The position numbers and the translations under genes were made by a program. From an uncultured Thiobacillus sp. (GTDB lineage Bacteria > Pseudomonadota > Gammaproteobacteria > Burkholderiales > Thiobacillaceae), in contig CAYWXO010000002.1 in the NCBI GenBank assembly GCA_964462255.1, forward strand, positions 1 through 49,017: a stretch of DNA of 49,017 nt, in the 5' to 3' direction. The notes beneath the pieces were generated by a model. That model was not told the DNA's origin. It ran no database searches and was given only the letters and a program-made list of their open reading frames with translations. Shown here in pieces: positions 35,220 to 44,453 of this stretch (position 1 is the stretch's first letter; each line of letters starts with the position of its first letter).

Positions 35220-36527
35220 ATGCGTAATTTGGCTTGGCTCGAACGCACACGAGCCGCGGTTTGGCATCCGTGTACACAAATGAAACAGTTGGAGAAGGTG
35301 CCGCCGCTACCGGTCGCACGCGGAGAAGGTGCCTGGCTGATTGATTACGAGGGCCGGCGCTATCTGGATGCGATTTCTTCGTGGTGGGTCAATCTGTTTG
35401 GCCATGCCAACGCGCGTATCAATGCGGCAATCATCCATCAATTGGGCCAGATTGAACATGTCATGTTGGCGGGATGTACGCACGCGCCGGTGGTGGAATT
35501 GTCCGAACGGCTGGCACGGTTGAGCGGCTTGTCCCATGCGTTTTACGGGTCAGATGGGGCCAGCGCGACGGAGATTGCGCTCAAGATGAGTTTTCATTAT
35601 TGGCGCAATCAGGGACGCAGCGATAAAACAGAATTTGTCAGTTTGCAAAATGGCTATCACGGCGAAACGCTGGGTGCGCTTTCGGTTACCGATGTGGCGT
35701 TGTTTAAAGATATTTATGCGCCGTTGTTACGTCAATCGCAGCAGGTGATGAGCCCGGATTGGCGTTTGGCGGCGCAGGACGAAAGCGCCGAGGCCTACGC
35801 TTTGCGCGCCGTTGCGCAGGTAGAGCAACTTTTTGCTGAACGTGCTTCGCAGCTAGCCGCCATTATTGTTGAGCCGTTGGTGCAAGGCGCGGCGGGCATG
35901 GCCATGTATCACCCGATTTATTTAACGCGTTTGCGGGCGTTGTGCGACCAATACGCCGTCCATTTGATTGCCGATGAAATAGCGGTCGGTTTTGGCCGCA
36001 CAGGCACCTTTTTTGCGCATGAACAGGCGAACGTGCGGCCTGATTTTTTGTGCCTATCAAAAGGAATCACCGGCGGCTATTTGCCGTTATCTTGCGTGCT
36101 GACGCGCGATGAAATTTATGCTGCCTTTTATGCGGATAGCAGCGCACGCGCTTTTTTGCATTCGCACTCCTACACCGGCAATCCTCTAGCCTGTAGCGCT
36201 GCGCTGGCCGTGTTGGATATTTTCGAAACTGATGCGGTTTTGTTAACGAATCGCAGCAAGGCGGCGCGCTTTAATCACTATTTGCAGCCGGTTGCCGCGC
36301 ATCCGCGCGTGCGCTTTATGCGTAATAGCGGCATGATTTGGGCGTTTGATGTAGTCAGCAGCGCGCCGGATTTCAGCCTTCGATTTCATCAGCAGGCGTT
36401 AAGCCGAGGCGTTTATGTTCGCCCGATCGGCCAGACGGTATATTTCATGCCGCCTTATGTCATTGAAGAGGCTGAAATGGCGCTGATGGCCGATGTGGCA
36501 TTGGCACTGCTCGACTGTGTGGAATAA
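35220..36527 (+). CDS. bioA: Adenosylmethionine-8-amino-7-oxononanoate aminotransferase
   Basis: Collinear with E. coli BioA: WHPCTQM, ISSWWVNLFGH, HAPVVEL, NGYHGET, IIVEPLVQGAAGM, ADEIAVGFGRTG, LSKGITGG (PLP Lys), YFMPPYVI. Confidence 0.92.
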   Translation: MRNLAWLERTRAAVWHPCTQMKQLEKVPPLPVARGEGAWLIDYEGRRYLDAISSWWVNLFGHANARINAAIIHQLGQIEHVMLAGCTHAPVVELSERLARLSGLSHAFYGSDGASATEIALKMSFHYWRNQGRSDKTEFVSLQNGYHGETLGALSVTDVALFKDIYAPLLRQSQQVMSPDWRLAAQDESAEAYALRAVAQVEQLFAERASQLAAIIVEPLVQGAAGMAMYHPIYLTRLRALCDQYAVHLIADEIAVGFGRTGTFFAHEQANVRPDFLCLSKGITGGYLPLSCVLTRDEIYAAFYADSSARAFLHSHSYTGNPLACSAALAVLDIFETDAVLLTNRSKAARFNHYLQPVAAHPRVRFMRNSGMIWAFDVVSSAPDFSLRFHQQALSRGVYVRPIGQTVYFMPPYVIEEAEMALMADVALALLDCVE

Positions 36528-36562
36528 CATTCAACGAATACTCGCGTAGTAGCTGGTATTTG

Positions 36563-37174
36563 TTAGTAACTATTACCTAACTCCATGGCCATGCGCACCA
36601 GTTCTGGCACGCTCCGCGCCTGCATTTTTTCCATCATGCGCGCCTTGAATACTTCCACTGTGCGCGGGCTGATACCAAGATCAACGGCAATTTCCCGATT
36701 CGGCTTGCCAGCGGTCACTAACGCCATCACTTGCCGCTCGCGCTCGGATAAGCGTTCGACGCGGGCCGAAATTTCCGCAAAGTGGGTTTGCGCCGCAAAT
36801 TCCCGCGTATCGCGATCAATTGCCTCAGCGATCGCTTTAAGTAAGGCAGATTCTTCGTAAGGTTTTTCCAGGAAATCGACGGCACCACTTTTCAAGGCGG
36901 CGCGCGCATCTGCCAAATCGCCATGGCCGGTCAAAAACACGATGGATAACGTGCAATTTCGTTGAATGAGGGTTTGTTGCAAGGCAAGGCCATCCATGCC
37001 GCCCATGCGTAAATCGAGCAGCAAGCAACCGCGTAAATCTGGCCGCCATGCCTGCAAAAAAGCCTCGGCGCTGGCATAAGCACGCGTTCGATAGCCGCGA
37101 AAATTCAGCAAGAGTGCGAGCGAATCACGCACGGCTTCATCATCATCAACAATGGTCACAATAGGGTCAGTCAT
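36563..37174 (-). CDS. Response regulator, REC + LuxR/FixJ-type HTH
   Basis: IVDDDEAVRDSL...LLDLRMGGMDG receiver, and a C-terminal LSERERQVMALVTAGKPNREIAVDLGISPRTVEVFKARMMEKM. The ATG at 37174 forms an ATGA overlap with the kinase stop. Confidence 0.9.
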   Translation of the reverse strand: MTDPIVTIVDDDEAVRDSLALLLNFRGYRTRAYASAEAFLQAWRPDLRGCLLLDLRMGGMDGLALQQTLIQRNCTLSIVFLTGHGDLADARAALKSGAVDFLEKPYEESALLKAIAEAIDRDTREFAAQTHFAEISARVERLSERERQVMALVTAGKPNREIAVDLGISPRTVEVFKARMMEKMQARSVPELVRMAMELGNSY

Positions 37175-38826
37175 GTTTTTTTCGGGCCTGCAATAGGAAG
37201 GGTGAAACAAAATTGAGCGGGCTGCGTATTTTCCATGCGCAATGCGCCGCCGTGTGCTTCCACCAGCGTGCGGCTAATGACTAATCCGAGCCCCATGCCT
37301 TCGGGTTTGCTGGTGGCAAAAGATTCGAAAACACGCTCGGCCATTTCGCTGCTGACACCGACTCCGTTATCGGTGACACAAAATCGAATCATGTCGGGTG
37401 AGTAGCGCTCGGCCACAATATCAATTTCGCGCACTTCAACTTTGACGTTTTTGAGCGCGTCAATGGCGTTGCCCAGCAGGTTATGGATTACCGTGCCGAT
37501 TTGGACGCGGTCGGCATGCACCGCCGGCAGCGTATCGTCCACGCTAAGTTTGAAAACAATGTTTTGTCGATCGGCCCGCCGCTTAACGTAGGACAAGTTT
37601 TCCTCAATTAACAGGGCGAGCGAAAAAGTCTCCATGCGCAGACCGCCACCGCGAAAAAATTCACGCAAGCGGCGCATCACTTGGCCAGCGCGGTTGGCTT
37701 CCCGATCAATTTTTTCCAGGGTGTCGGCCAGCAACGCACCATGTCGTTCCGGATCCGCCAGCATTGAGCGGCTGGCACGCGCGTAATTGGCGACTGCAGA
37801 CAGCGGCTGATTCAATTCATGCGCAATCGCCTGCGCCATTTCGCCGGCCGCCGCCAGCCGCATGGCCTGGTTCAATTCCGCTTCGCGCTGATGTAAGCGT
37901 TCTTCCGTGGCGCGGCGGACGGAAACGGTCATGCCAAGAAACAACATGGTTACTGCCAGTCCAAGCATTAACATCTGGAATTCGACCACGGTAATCGCGT
38001 GAGAACCCAGCCATTCCAGAATGATGTTGATCCCGACGTGTGAAGCTGCTAGCGCTAAGGTGGCACCGTGCAGACCATGCTGCATCACAATCCAGATCAT
38101 GGGCAGAAATAACAAATAGAAAAATTTGAATTCATCGGTGTATTTGAGCCCGAAAATAATCCATAACGCGATGCCGATGGCGATGACTTGCAGCAGCATT
38201 TCCTGGTTTGGCCGCCAGTCGCGTAAGCCGCGCCAATCGGTGTCGGCATACACCAAGATCAGTGGGCTGATCACCAGCATGCGAATGAGCGCGCCGACCC
38301 AGAAATTAACCAGATCCGCCATCCAGGCCCAGGCATCGGGCGCGGCTTCAGGGCTGCGCGAGAAGACATGCACGCTGGCATCTAGCCAGGCGGCAACGAT
38401 GGCGACAACCAGAAACCAGAATAGATCGCGTTGCGAAGTCAAACGTGGGCTGATGCGTAATCCGCGCAGCAGCCAAGCCGCGAGCGCACACAGGCCCAGC
38501 ATCAACAAAGCAGCGGCCCATAATGCCGCTATCCAATCACTCGGTAAGCCGTAAAGTGGCAGGCCAACCAGAAAAGTAATGGCCACCAGCAGGGGGGCGT
38601 AATGCAGGCCATAGAGTAATAAAAAAGCCAGTGTTAAACCGGGCGGCGGGGTCCAGGGCGCAAAGGCTAGGGGTAACACCGTTTCTGGGTTGCTGAGTAT
38701 GTCCAGCATTATGCTGCCTAGTGCATAGGCCGCTAGTACTTTCCAAGAGAAGCTGAGTTTTAAGCGGCGTAGTATCACTGTTTTAATTAAGGTTATGCAC
38801 GCAAGAAAGGCAATAAAAAGGACCAC
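37171..38826 (-). CDS. Sensor histidine kinase with a polytopic (MASE1-like) membrane sensor
   Basis: About 300 aa of multiple TM helices, then HisKA (AIAHELNQPLSAV) and HATPase_c (N-box HNLLGNAIDA, DNGVG, GMGLGL). Confidence 0.88.
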   Translation of the reverse strand: MVLFIAFLACITLIKTVILRRLKLSFSWKVLAAYALGSIMLDILSNPETVLPLAFAPWTPPPGLTLAFLLLYGLHYAPLLVAITFLVGLPLYGLPSDWIAALWAAALLMLGLCALAAWLLRGLRISPRLTSQRDLFWFLVVAIVAAWLDASVHVFSRSPEAAPDAWAWMADLVNFWVGALIRMLVISPLILVYADTDWRGLRDWRPNQEMLLQVIAIGIALWIIFGLKYTDEFKFFYLLFLPMIWIVMQHGLHGATLALAASHVGINIILEWLGSHAITVVEFQMLMLGLAVTMLFLGMTVSVRRATEERLHQREAELNQAMRLAAAGEMAQAIAHELNQPLSAVANYARASRSMLADPERHGALLADTLEKIDREANRAGQVMRRLREFFRGGGLRMETFSLALLIEENLSYVKRRADRQNIVFKLSVDDTLPAVHADRVQIGTVIHNLLGNAIDALKNVKVEVREIDIVAERYSPDMIRFCVTDNGVGVSSEMAERVFESFATSKPEGMGLGLVISRTLVEAHGGALRMENTQPAQFCFTLPIAGPKKT

Positions 38827-39020
38827 AACAACTGCGGTTGGGCAGATTCTAGCGTGCGGTGTGGGTCATTGGCGCGCGGGATAGAGGTGCGTCGTATAAC
38901 TTAAAGTGGAAAAAATCGAAGACTAGCAATTTCGACAAGTGCCCAACTCTGTTATGTTGCACGCCCTTTTATGTTCAGGCGTCGGTTCGCGTTTTGCCGA
39001 TAAGCAGCCGATGACGATTG

Positions 39021-39371
39021 ATGGAAATTTGGTTTGTCTGGTTAGCGCGGTTGTTATTTTTGGGGTTGTTTTTAATGGCGGGCGGCATGTTTTATCGCGC
39101 CTGGAAGATTGCGGTACGGAAGGACATGCGCTTTGTTGCCGATTGGCGCGGACGCTCTTTGCCGGGTGGCGAACGATGGGCCGCTTGGGTGTTGAGCGTC
39201 AATCTGATTAGCGCCGGCATTTTGCTATCGGTTGGCATCTCGGTGCTTGTAGTCGGCCTTTCCTTTGTTATTTGGACAGGTTTGACGGGAATTGTGCTCT
39301 GGAGCTACTACTTCTTGTTAAGAGTCTTGGTTGCGCGTGCAGAGCACGCAGAAAGAAAGGGACGTGAGTAA
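39021..39371 (+). CDS. Small hypothetical membrane protein
   Basis: About 116 aa with 3-4 hydrophobic segments. It is divergent from the kinase and upstream of the DUF4212/SSS pair. No recognisable family. Confidence 0.5.
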   Translation: MEIWFVWLARLLFLGLFLMAGGMFYRAWKIAVRKDMRFVADWRGRSLPGGERWAAWVLSVNLISAGILLSVGISVLVVGLSFVIWTGLTGIVLWSYYFLLRVLVARAEHAERKGRE

Positions 39372-39413
39372 GTGTCAGCTTGCGCACGTGCCGATATACT
39401 GCTGGTCGCTGTG

Positions 39414-39443
39414 ATCTGCTGAGGGCCCTTTTCCTGAGCAGAT
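39414..39443 (+). terminator. Imperfect hairpin with a short T-tract (possible attenuator/terminator)
   Basis: ATCTGCTGAGG-gccctttt-CCTGAGCAGAT (10 of 11 pairs), followed by tgcagttttt. It lies between the small membrane gene and the DUF4212 gene. Confidence 0.35.
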
Positions 39444-39478
39444 TGCAGTTTTTAACACTCACCTTTGGAGACATTCAA

Positions 39479-39742
39479 ATGACTAAACCTAGCTTTGACC
39501 CAAAAGCCTACTGGAGCGCCACACTCCGGTTGCTGATGTTGACGATGGCCATCTGGTTCATTGTTTCATTCGGCGCGGGCATCCTTTTTAGAGACGCCCT
39601 GGACAGCGTAAATCTTGGTGGATATCCGCTCGGATTCTGGTTCGCGCAACAAGGTTCCATTTTCGTTTTTGTTGGATTGATCTTTTGGTATGCCAAGCGC
39701 ATGGATAAGATTGATCGCGAACACGACGTCCACGAAGAATAA
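39479..39742 (+). CDS. DUF4212 small membrane subunit of a sodium:solute symporter
   Basis: 87 aa with the GYPLGFWFAQQGSIFVFVGLIFWYAKRM motif characteristic of DUF4212. A GGAG RBS lies 9 nt upstream of the ATG at 39479. It is immediately followed by an SSS transporter. Confidence 0.85.
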   Translation: MTKPSFDPKAYWSATLRLLMLTMAIWFIVSFGAGILFRDALDSVNLGGYPLGFWFAQQGSIFVFVGLIFWYAKRMDKIDREHDVHEE

Positions 39743-39762
39743 GTCGGCCTGAGGAGATAACC

Positions 39763-41574
39763 ATGGATCTGACTACACTAACTTACATTGTCGTAGGGCT
39801 TTCTTTTGCCCTATATATTGGAATTGCCATCTGGGCGCGTGCGGGTTCTACCAAAGAATTCTATGTCGCTGGCGGTGGCGTTCATCCGGTTGTCAACGGA
39901 ATGGCAACGGCGGCGGATTGGATGTCTGCCGCTTCATTCATTTCTATGGCCGGTTTGATTGCCTTCCTGGGGTATGGCGGCTCGGTTTACCTGATGGGAT
40001 GGACGGGCGGCTATGTGCTGCTGGCCGTGCTGCTGGCACCGTACCTGCGCAAGTTCGGTAAATTTACCGTACCTGAGTTCATCGGCGATCGTTACTACTC
40101 GCAGACCGCGCGCATCGTCGCCGTGATCTGTTTGATCTTCATTTCATTCACTTACGTTGCCGGCCAGATGCGTGGCGTCGGTATTGTGTTCTCACGTTTC
40201 CTGGAAGTGGAAATTACCACCGGCTTGATTATCGGTATGGCCTTGGTTTTCTTTTACTCGGTTTTGGGCGGCATGAAGGGCATTACCTATACCCAGGTCG
40301 CGCAATACATGGTGCTTATTTTTGCTTACACCATTCCTGCGGTTTTCATCTCGTTGAATATTGCCGGCACACCGTTTCCCCAGTTAGGTTTGGGCGGATC
40401 GTTGGGCGAAGTCTCCTTCCTGTCCAAGCTGAATCAAGTGGTGACGGATCTGGGCTTCTCGGCGTACACCACCGGTAGCAAGACGATGATCGACGTGTTC
40501 TGTATTACGTTGGCGTTGATGGCGGGTACCGCGGGTTTGCCGCATGTGATCGTGCGTTTCTTTACCGTGCCGAAAGTGCATGATGCGCGTATTTCTGCCG
40601 GCTGGGCCTTGGTCTTCATCGCTATTCTGTACACAACAGCGCCTGCGGTCGGTGCCATGGCACGTTACAACTTGCATGCAACGGTCAATACCTCTGTGGC
40701 AACCGGCGGTGATTTGTTCGCGGCTGAATCTTCTATTCAAGGTGAAACACGACCTGACTGGATGAAGCGCTGGGAAAAAACCGGCTTGATTGCTTGGGAA
40801 GATAAAAACGGCGACGGTCGTATTCAGTATTACAACGACAAGAGCAAGAACGAGGCATTCCTTGAGAAAGCTGAAGCCGCCGGTTGGAAAGGCAACGAGT
40901 TAGGCTCAATGAAGGCGGGTGCTTTTGTCGGTAATGTGGATAACGACATCATGGTGTTGGCGAACCCGGAAATTGCTGGATTGCCTAATTGGGTGATTGC
41001 ACTGATTGCGGCCGGTGGTATCGCGGCTGCGCTGTCCACCGCCGCTGGCTTGTTGTTGGTTATTTCCTCTGCTATCTCGCATGACTTGATGAAGGGGATT
41101 TTTGCCAAGAATATTTCTGAAAAGGGCGAGTTAATGGCGGGTCGTATCGCCGCCGCGGGTGCCGTGCTGATTGCGGGTTATTTGGGCTATAACCCACCCG
41201 GCTTTGTGGCGCAGGTGGTTGCGTTCGCTTTTGGTTTGGCGTGCGCGTCCTTATTCCCCACCATCTTGATGGGTATCTTTAGTAAATCAATGAATCGTGC
41301 CGGCGCAATTTACGGCATGCTTTCTGGCCTCATTTTCACGCTGGCCTATATTGTTTACTTCAAGCGCGACGTGTTGCTGGGCATGGAAAAAGTGCCTGAT
41401 TCGCAGTGGTTCATGGGTATTTCACCTGAGGGAATCGGCGTGATTGGTATGCTGATAAACTTTGCGGTGGCCTTTATTGTCATGAAGATGACGGCACCCT
41501 GTCCGGAGCATATCAAGCATTTGGTGGAAAGCATCCGTTACCCACGCGGTGCCGGCGGTGCGCAAGACCACTAA
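39763..41574 (+). CDS. Sodium:solute symporter family transporter (VC_2705-type, ActP-like)
   Basis: 603 aa, multi-TM SSS architecture. The canonical pairing with a DUF4212 gene supports the call. Confidence 0.88.
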   Translation: MDLTTLTYIVVGLSFALYIGIAIWARAGSTKEFYVAGGGVHPVVNGMATAADWMSAASFISMAGLIAFLGYGGSVYLMGWTGGYVLLAVLLAPYLRKFGKFTVPEFIGDRYYSQTARIVAVICLIFISFTYVAGQMRGVGIVFSRFLEVEITTGLIIGMALVFFYSVLGGMKGITYTQVAQYMVLIFAYTIPAVFISLNIAGTPFPQLGLGGSLGEVSFLSKLNQVVTDLGFSAYTTGSKTMIDVFCITLALMAGTAGLPHVIVRFFTVPKVHDARISAGWALVFIAILYTTAPAVGAMARYNLHATVNTSVATGGDLFAAESSIQGETRPDWMKRWEKTGLIAWEDKNGDGRIQYYNDKSKNEAFLEKAEAAGWKGNELGSMKAGAFVGNVDNDIMVLANPEIAGLPNWVIALIAAGGIAAALSTAAGLLLVISSAISHDLMKGIFAKNISEKGELMAGRIAAAGAVLIAGYLGYNPPGFVAQVVAFAFGLACASLFPTILMGIFSKSMNRAGAIYGMLSGLIFTLAYIVYFKRDVLLGMEKVPDSQWFMGISPEGIGVIGMLINFAVAFIVMKMTAPCPEHIKHLVESIRYPRGAGGAQDH

Positions 41575-41622
41575 ACTTTTTGTTTGCTTGTGCTGTAGTT
41601 GTTGAGCAAAAAATTGTTGGAC

Positions 41623-41649
41623 AAAAAACCCCGCCTAGCGGGGTTTTTT
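41623..41649 (+). terminator. Intrinsic terminator after the symporter
   Basis: AAAAAA-CCCCGC-cta-GCGGGG-TTTTTT. A second imperfect long hairpin follows at about 41657-41699. Confidence 0.85.
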
Positions 41650-41753
41650 GTTTGGCTGGAAGAAGAGAATGCAGCGTGTGCTGCGTTGTTCTTCTGCCAA
41701 TTTTTGGGTACAAGTCTTCAGGTGTCTATCTTTCAAAGTAACAACAGTAAATC

Positions 41754-43649
41754 ATGAGCCAGAAAATGCTGCATGTGGCGTTGGAAGTTGATGCGGAGGA
41801 AGCGCCGCGTGCGGCCTACCTGTTGGCAAAGTTTGGTGTGTTTACGCCCGAGCGGAGCGTGTTGAGCCATTACAGCGCTGCTAATTTTGCCGGTCAGCTT
41901 TACCAGGAAGTGACAGAACAGGCGCGGGCCAAACTTAATCATTTGGCGGCGCACTATCAAACGTTGCCTGCTGCTGCCGCCCAGCCAAGCGAGCCGCCGA
42001 CGCTCGCGCAACTAGAAGAAGTTAATGTTTGGTTAGATGAATTGCTGCAGGTTACCGATGCCTGCCGGGCCAAGCATGAGCAGTTTGAGCGCGAACAGCG
42101 CCACGAAGCGGATTTGTTGAATGAATTAGCGCCGTTCAAAACACTGGATGTCGATTTGAAGGTGTTGGCGCGCCCGAAGAAATTTCTGCAAACCTTGGTT
42201 GGGTCGGTGGCGGAAAGCGATCTAGCGGATTTGACTGCGCAATTGGCGCATGTCGGCGGCATCGTGGAAATATTCGGCCGCCAAGCGGGCCGTGCTTATT
42301 TGGTGGTGATCTGTCCGCAATTGCAATGCACCGTGTCACAGCGTTTATTGCTGCAGCATGGCTGGCATGAAATTCAGTTGCCGGCGGAGTTTTCCGGGCG
42401 GCCGCAAGAAATCGAAGCCAATCTGGATGCGTTAGCAACGCGAATTAGCCAAGGCGTCGCTGACTTGGCGCAAGCGCACCAACATACTTTTGCGCACATC
42501 AAAGACCCCCTGGCGCACGCGGTAAAAATGATCGAACTGGCTGAGCCCTATGCGCATTTGGTGGACGACACGGTGACCGAAGCAAGTGGCCAATTATTGA
42601 TCCGCGGTTGGATTCCACAGCGCAATCTGCCGCGGCTGCAGCGGCATCTGGCCACGTTAACGGGCAAATATCATCTGGAAACGCGGCCGCCGCAGCCGGG
42701 TGAACGCGAGTCGGTCCCCTCCGCGCGACGCTATCCCGTTTGGATGGGGCCTTTTGCTGAATTAGTGCGCGGTTATGGCGTGCCCTGTTATGGCGATTTT
42801 GATCCGACCTTGTTTTTCAGCATCTCGTTTATTGTCATGTTCGGCATGATGTTTGGCGATGTTGGGCATGGCTTGATGATTGGGCTGGCGGCCTTGTTTT
42901 TGCGCGGCGAAGCGCGACGATTTCGGCCCATTATGCTGGCGGCCGGTGGTTCGGCCAGTGGATTTGGCTGGTTGTATGGCAGCGTTTTTGGACTGGAACA
43001 TGTGCTGCAGCCGCTGTGGATTGCGCCTTTATCGGATCCGGAGCGGATGCTGGCCATGGCGTTATGGTGGGGCGTGGGTTTTTTGGTGAGTACGCAATTG
43101 ATCATGCTGTACAACCGTTTGGTGGCGCGTCATTGGCGCGCAGCCTTGTTGGATGCCGGTGGTGTTGCCGGTTTGTTGCTTTATTTGGGCGGCGTGATGG
43201 CGCTTTATCTCGGGTATCAGGCTAAGGCGGGGGCTGGTTTGGCTTTGGCTGTGGCGCTGATTGGTTTTGTTCTCATCCTGCTTCAGCATTGCATGCAACT
43301 GCGCGAGCCCTGGCCGGGGCGTTTCTTTCTCGGTCTGATGGACAGCTTGGAAACGGTGTTCAACGATTTCGTCAACACGGTGTCGTTTATGCGGTTAGCC
43401 GCATTTTCCATTAGTCATGTTGCACTTGCCATGGCCATTACTACCTTGAGTGCGGAAATGGGGCAAGCCGGCCAGATCATCGCGCTCGTGTTTGGCAATA
43501 TCCTGATTCTTGTCCTGGAAGGCGCAATTGTCGCCATACAAGCGCTACGCCTGGAATATTACGAGGGGTTTTCTCGCTATTTCACCTGCTTTGGTCGTGA
43601 ATTCAAGCCGATTCTGGATGCGCGCGTGCCCAAGACGCCGATTATATAA
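41754..43649 (+). CDS. V/A-type ATPase subunit I (a-subunit) family membrane protein, solitary
   Basis: Soluble N-terminal half beginning MLHVALEV...LLAKFGVF, and a polytopic C-terminal half containing FMRLAAFSISHVALA (compare SYLRLWALSLAH, which holds the essential Arg). The C-terminal ALRLEYYEGFSRYF...FKP is typical of V_ATPase_I. Confidence 0.7.
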   Translation: MSQKMLHVALEVDAEEAPRAAYLLAKFGVFTPERSVLSHYSAANFAGQLYQEVTEQARAKLNHLAAHYQTLPAAAAQPSEPPTLAQLEEVNVWLDELLQVTDACRAKHEQFEREQRHEADLLNELAPFKTLDVDLKVLARPKKFLQTLVGSVAESDLADLTAQLAHVGGIVEIFGRQAGRAYLVVICPQLQCTVSQRLLLQHGWHEIQLPAEFSGRPQEIEANLDALATRISQGVADLAQAHQHTFAHIKDPLAHAVKMIELAEPYAHLVDDTVTEASGQLLIRGWIPQRNLPRLQRHLATLTGKYHLETRPPQPGERESVPSARRYPVWMGPFAELVRGYGVPCYGDFDPTLFFSISFIVMFGMMFGDVGHGLMIGLAALFLRGEARRFRPIMLAAGGSASGFGWLYGSVFGLEHVLQPLWIAPLSDPERMLAMALWWGVGFLVSTQLIMLYNRLVARHWRAALLDAGGVAGLLLYLGGVMALYLGYQAKAGAGLALAVALIGFVLILLQHCMQLREPWPGRFFLGLMDSLETVFNDFVNTVSFMRLAAFSISHVALAMAITTLSAEMGQAGQIIALVFGNILILVLEGAIVAIQALRLEYYEGFSRYFTCFGREFKPILDARVPKTPII

Positions 43650-43672
43650 AGCAGGCAAATTCTGCTGCTGCC

Positions 43673-43701
43673 CTGTCACGAAAGCGTCATGAAAGCGTCA
43701 T
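43673..43701 (+). promoter_or_regulatory. Pho box upstream of phoB (autoregulation)
   Basis: CTGTCAC-gaaa-GCGTCAT-gaaa-GCGTCAT. Three 7-mers at 11-bp phasing lie in the same orientation as phoB. TGCAAT -10 candidates follow 5-10 nt downstream. Confidence 0.75.
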
Positions 43702-43739
43702 ACCATGCAATGCAATGCAGCGCATATTAGGAGGTGTGC

Positions 43740-44438
43740 ATGACGGCCACCATTCTTGTTGTTGAAGATGAAGCGGGCATTCAAGAGCTGCTCAAATTTA
43801 CCTTGAGTCAGCATGGCCACGAAGTTGTTGTGGCATCGGATGCCGAAGAAGGATTGCATTTATTGCGCGGTGCGATGCCTGATCTGATTTTGTTGGATTG
43901 GATGTTGCCTGGTATGTCGGGTATTGATTTTGTGCGGCGTATTCGCAGCGATAACCGCCATAAATACATCCCGGTCATTATGTTGACGGCGCGTTCTGAT
44001 GAGCGCGACAAAGTGCAAGGCCTCGATATGGGGGCGGACGATTACATCACCAAGCCGTTTTCGCCGCGCGAATTGATGGCACGCATCAAAGCGGTATTGC
44101 GCCGGCGCGCGCCGCAAATGACTGAGGATGTGGTTGAAATTAAAGGGCTTAAGCTAGATCCGATTGCGCATCGGGTGCATGGCGATTTGAAAGGTACGTT
44201 GACCGCGCTTGAACTGGGCCCGACTGAATTTCGTTTACTGCATTTTTTTATGACCCACCCGGAACGCGTGTATTCACGTTCACAGTTGTTGGATCAAGTA
44301 TGGGGCGATCATGTATTTGTTGAGGAGCGGACGGTGGATGTGCATATTCGACGTTTGCGTTCGGTGTTAGAGCTGACTGGGCACGATCAATTGATTCAGA
44401 CCGTGCGCGGGTCGGGTTATCGTTTGTCTGAAAATTAA
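43740..44438 (+). CDS. phoB: Phosphate regulon response regulator PhoB
   Basis: ILVVEDE...[12 protein letters not shown] receiver plus an OmpR/PhoB winged helix ([31 protein letters not shown]...[10 protein letters not shown]). An AGGAGG RBS lies 5 nt upstream of the ATG at 43740. Confidence 0.93.
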   Translation: MTATILVVEDEAGIQELLKFTLSQHGHEVVVASDAEEGLHLLRGAMPDLILLDWMLPGMSGIDFVRRIRSDNRHKYIPVIMLTARSDERDKVQGLDMGADDYITKPFSPRELMARIKAVLRRRAPQMTEDVVEIKGLKLDPIAHRVHGDLKGTLTALELGPTEFRLLHFFMTHPERVYSRSQLLDQVWGDHVFVEERTVDVHIRRLRSVLELTGHDQLIQTVRGSGYRLSEN

Positions 44439-44453
44439 AGCAACGCTCCTTTC

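Noticed and set aside
38939-39211. Alternative 90-aa ORF overlapping the small membrane-protein gene
   Set aside because: Its Cys/Gly/Arg-rich translation lacks coherent hydrophobic segments. The overlapping frame at 39021..39371 gives clean TM helices and ends just before the next gene's control region.
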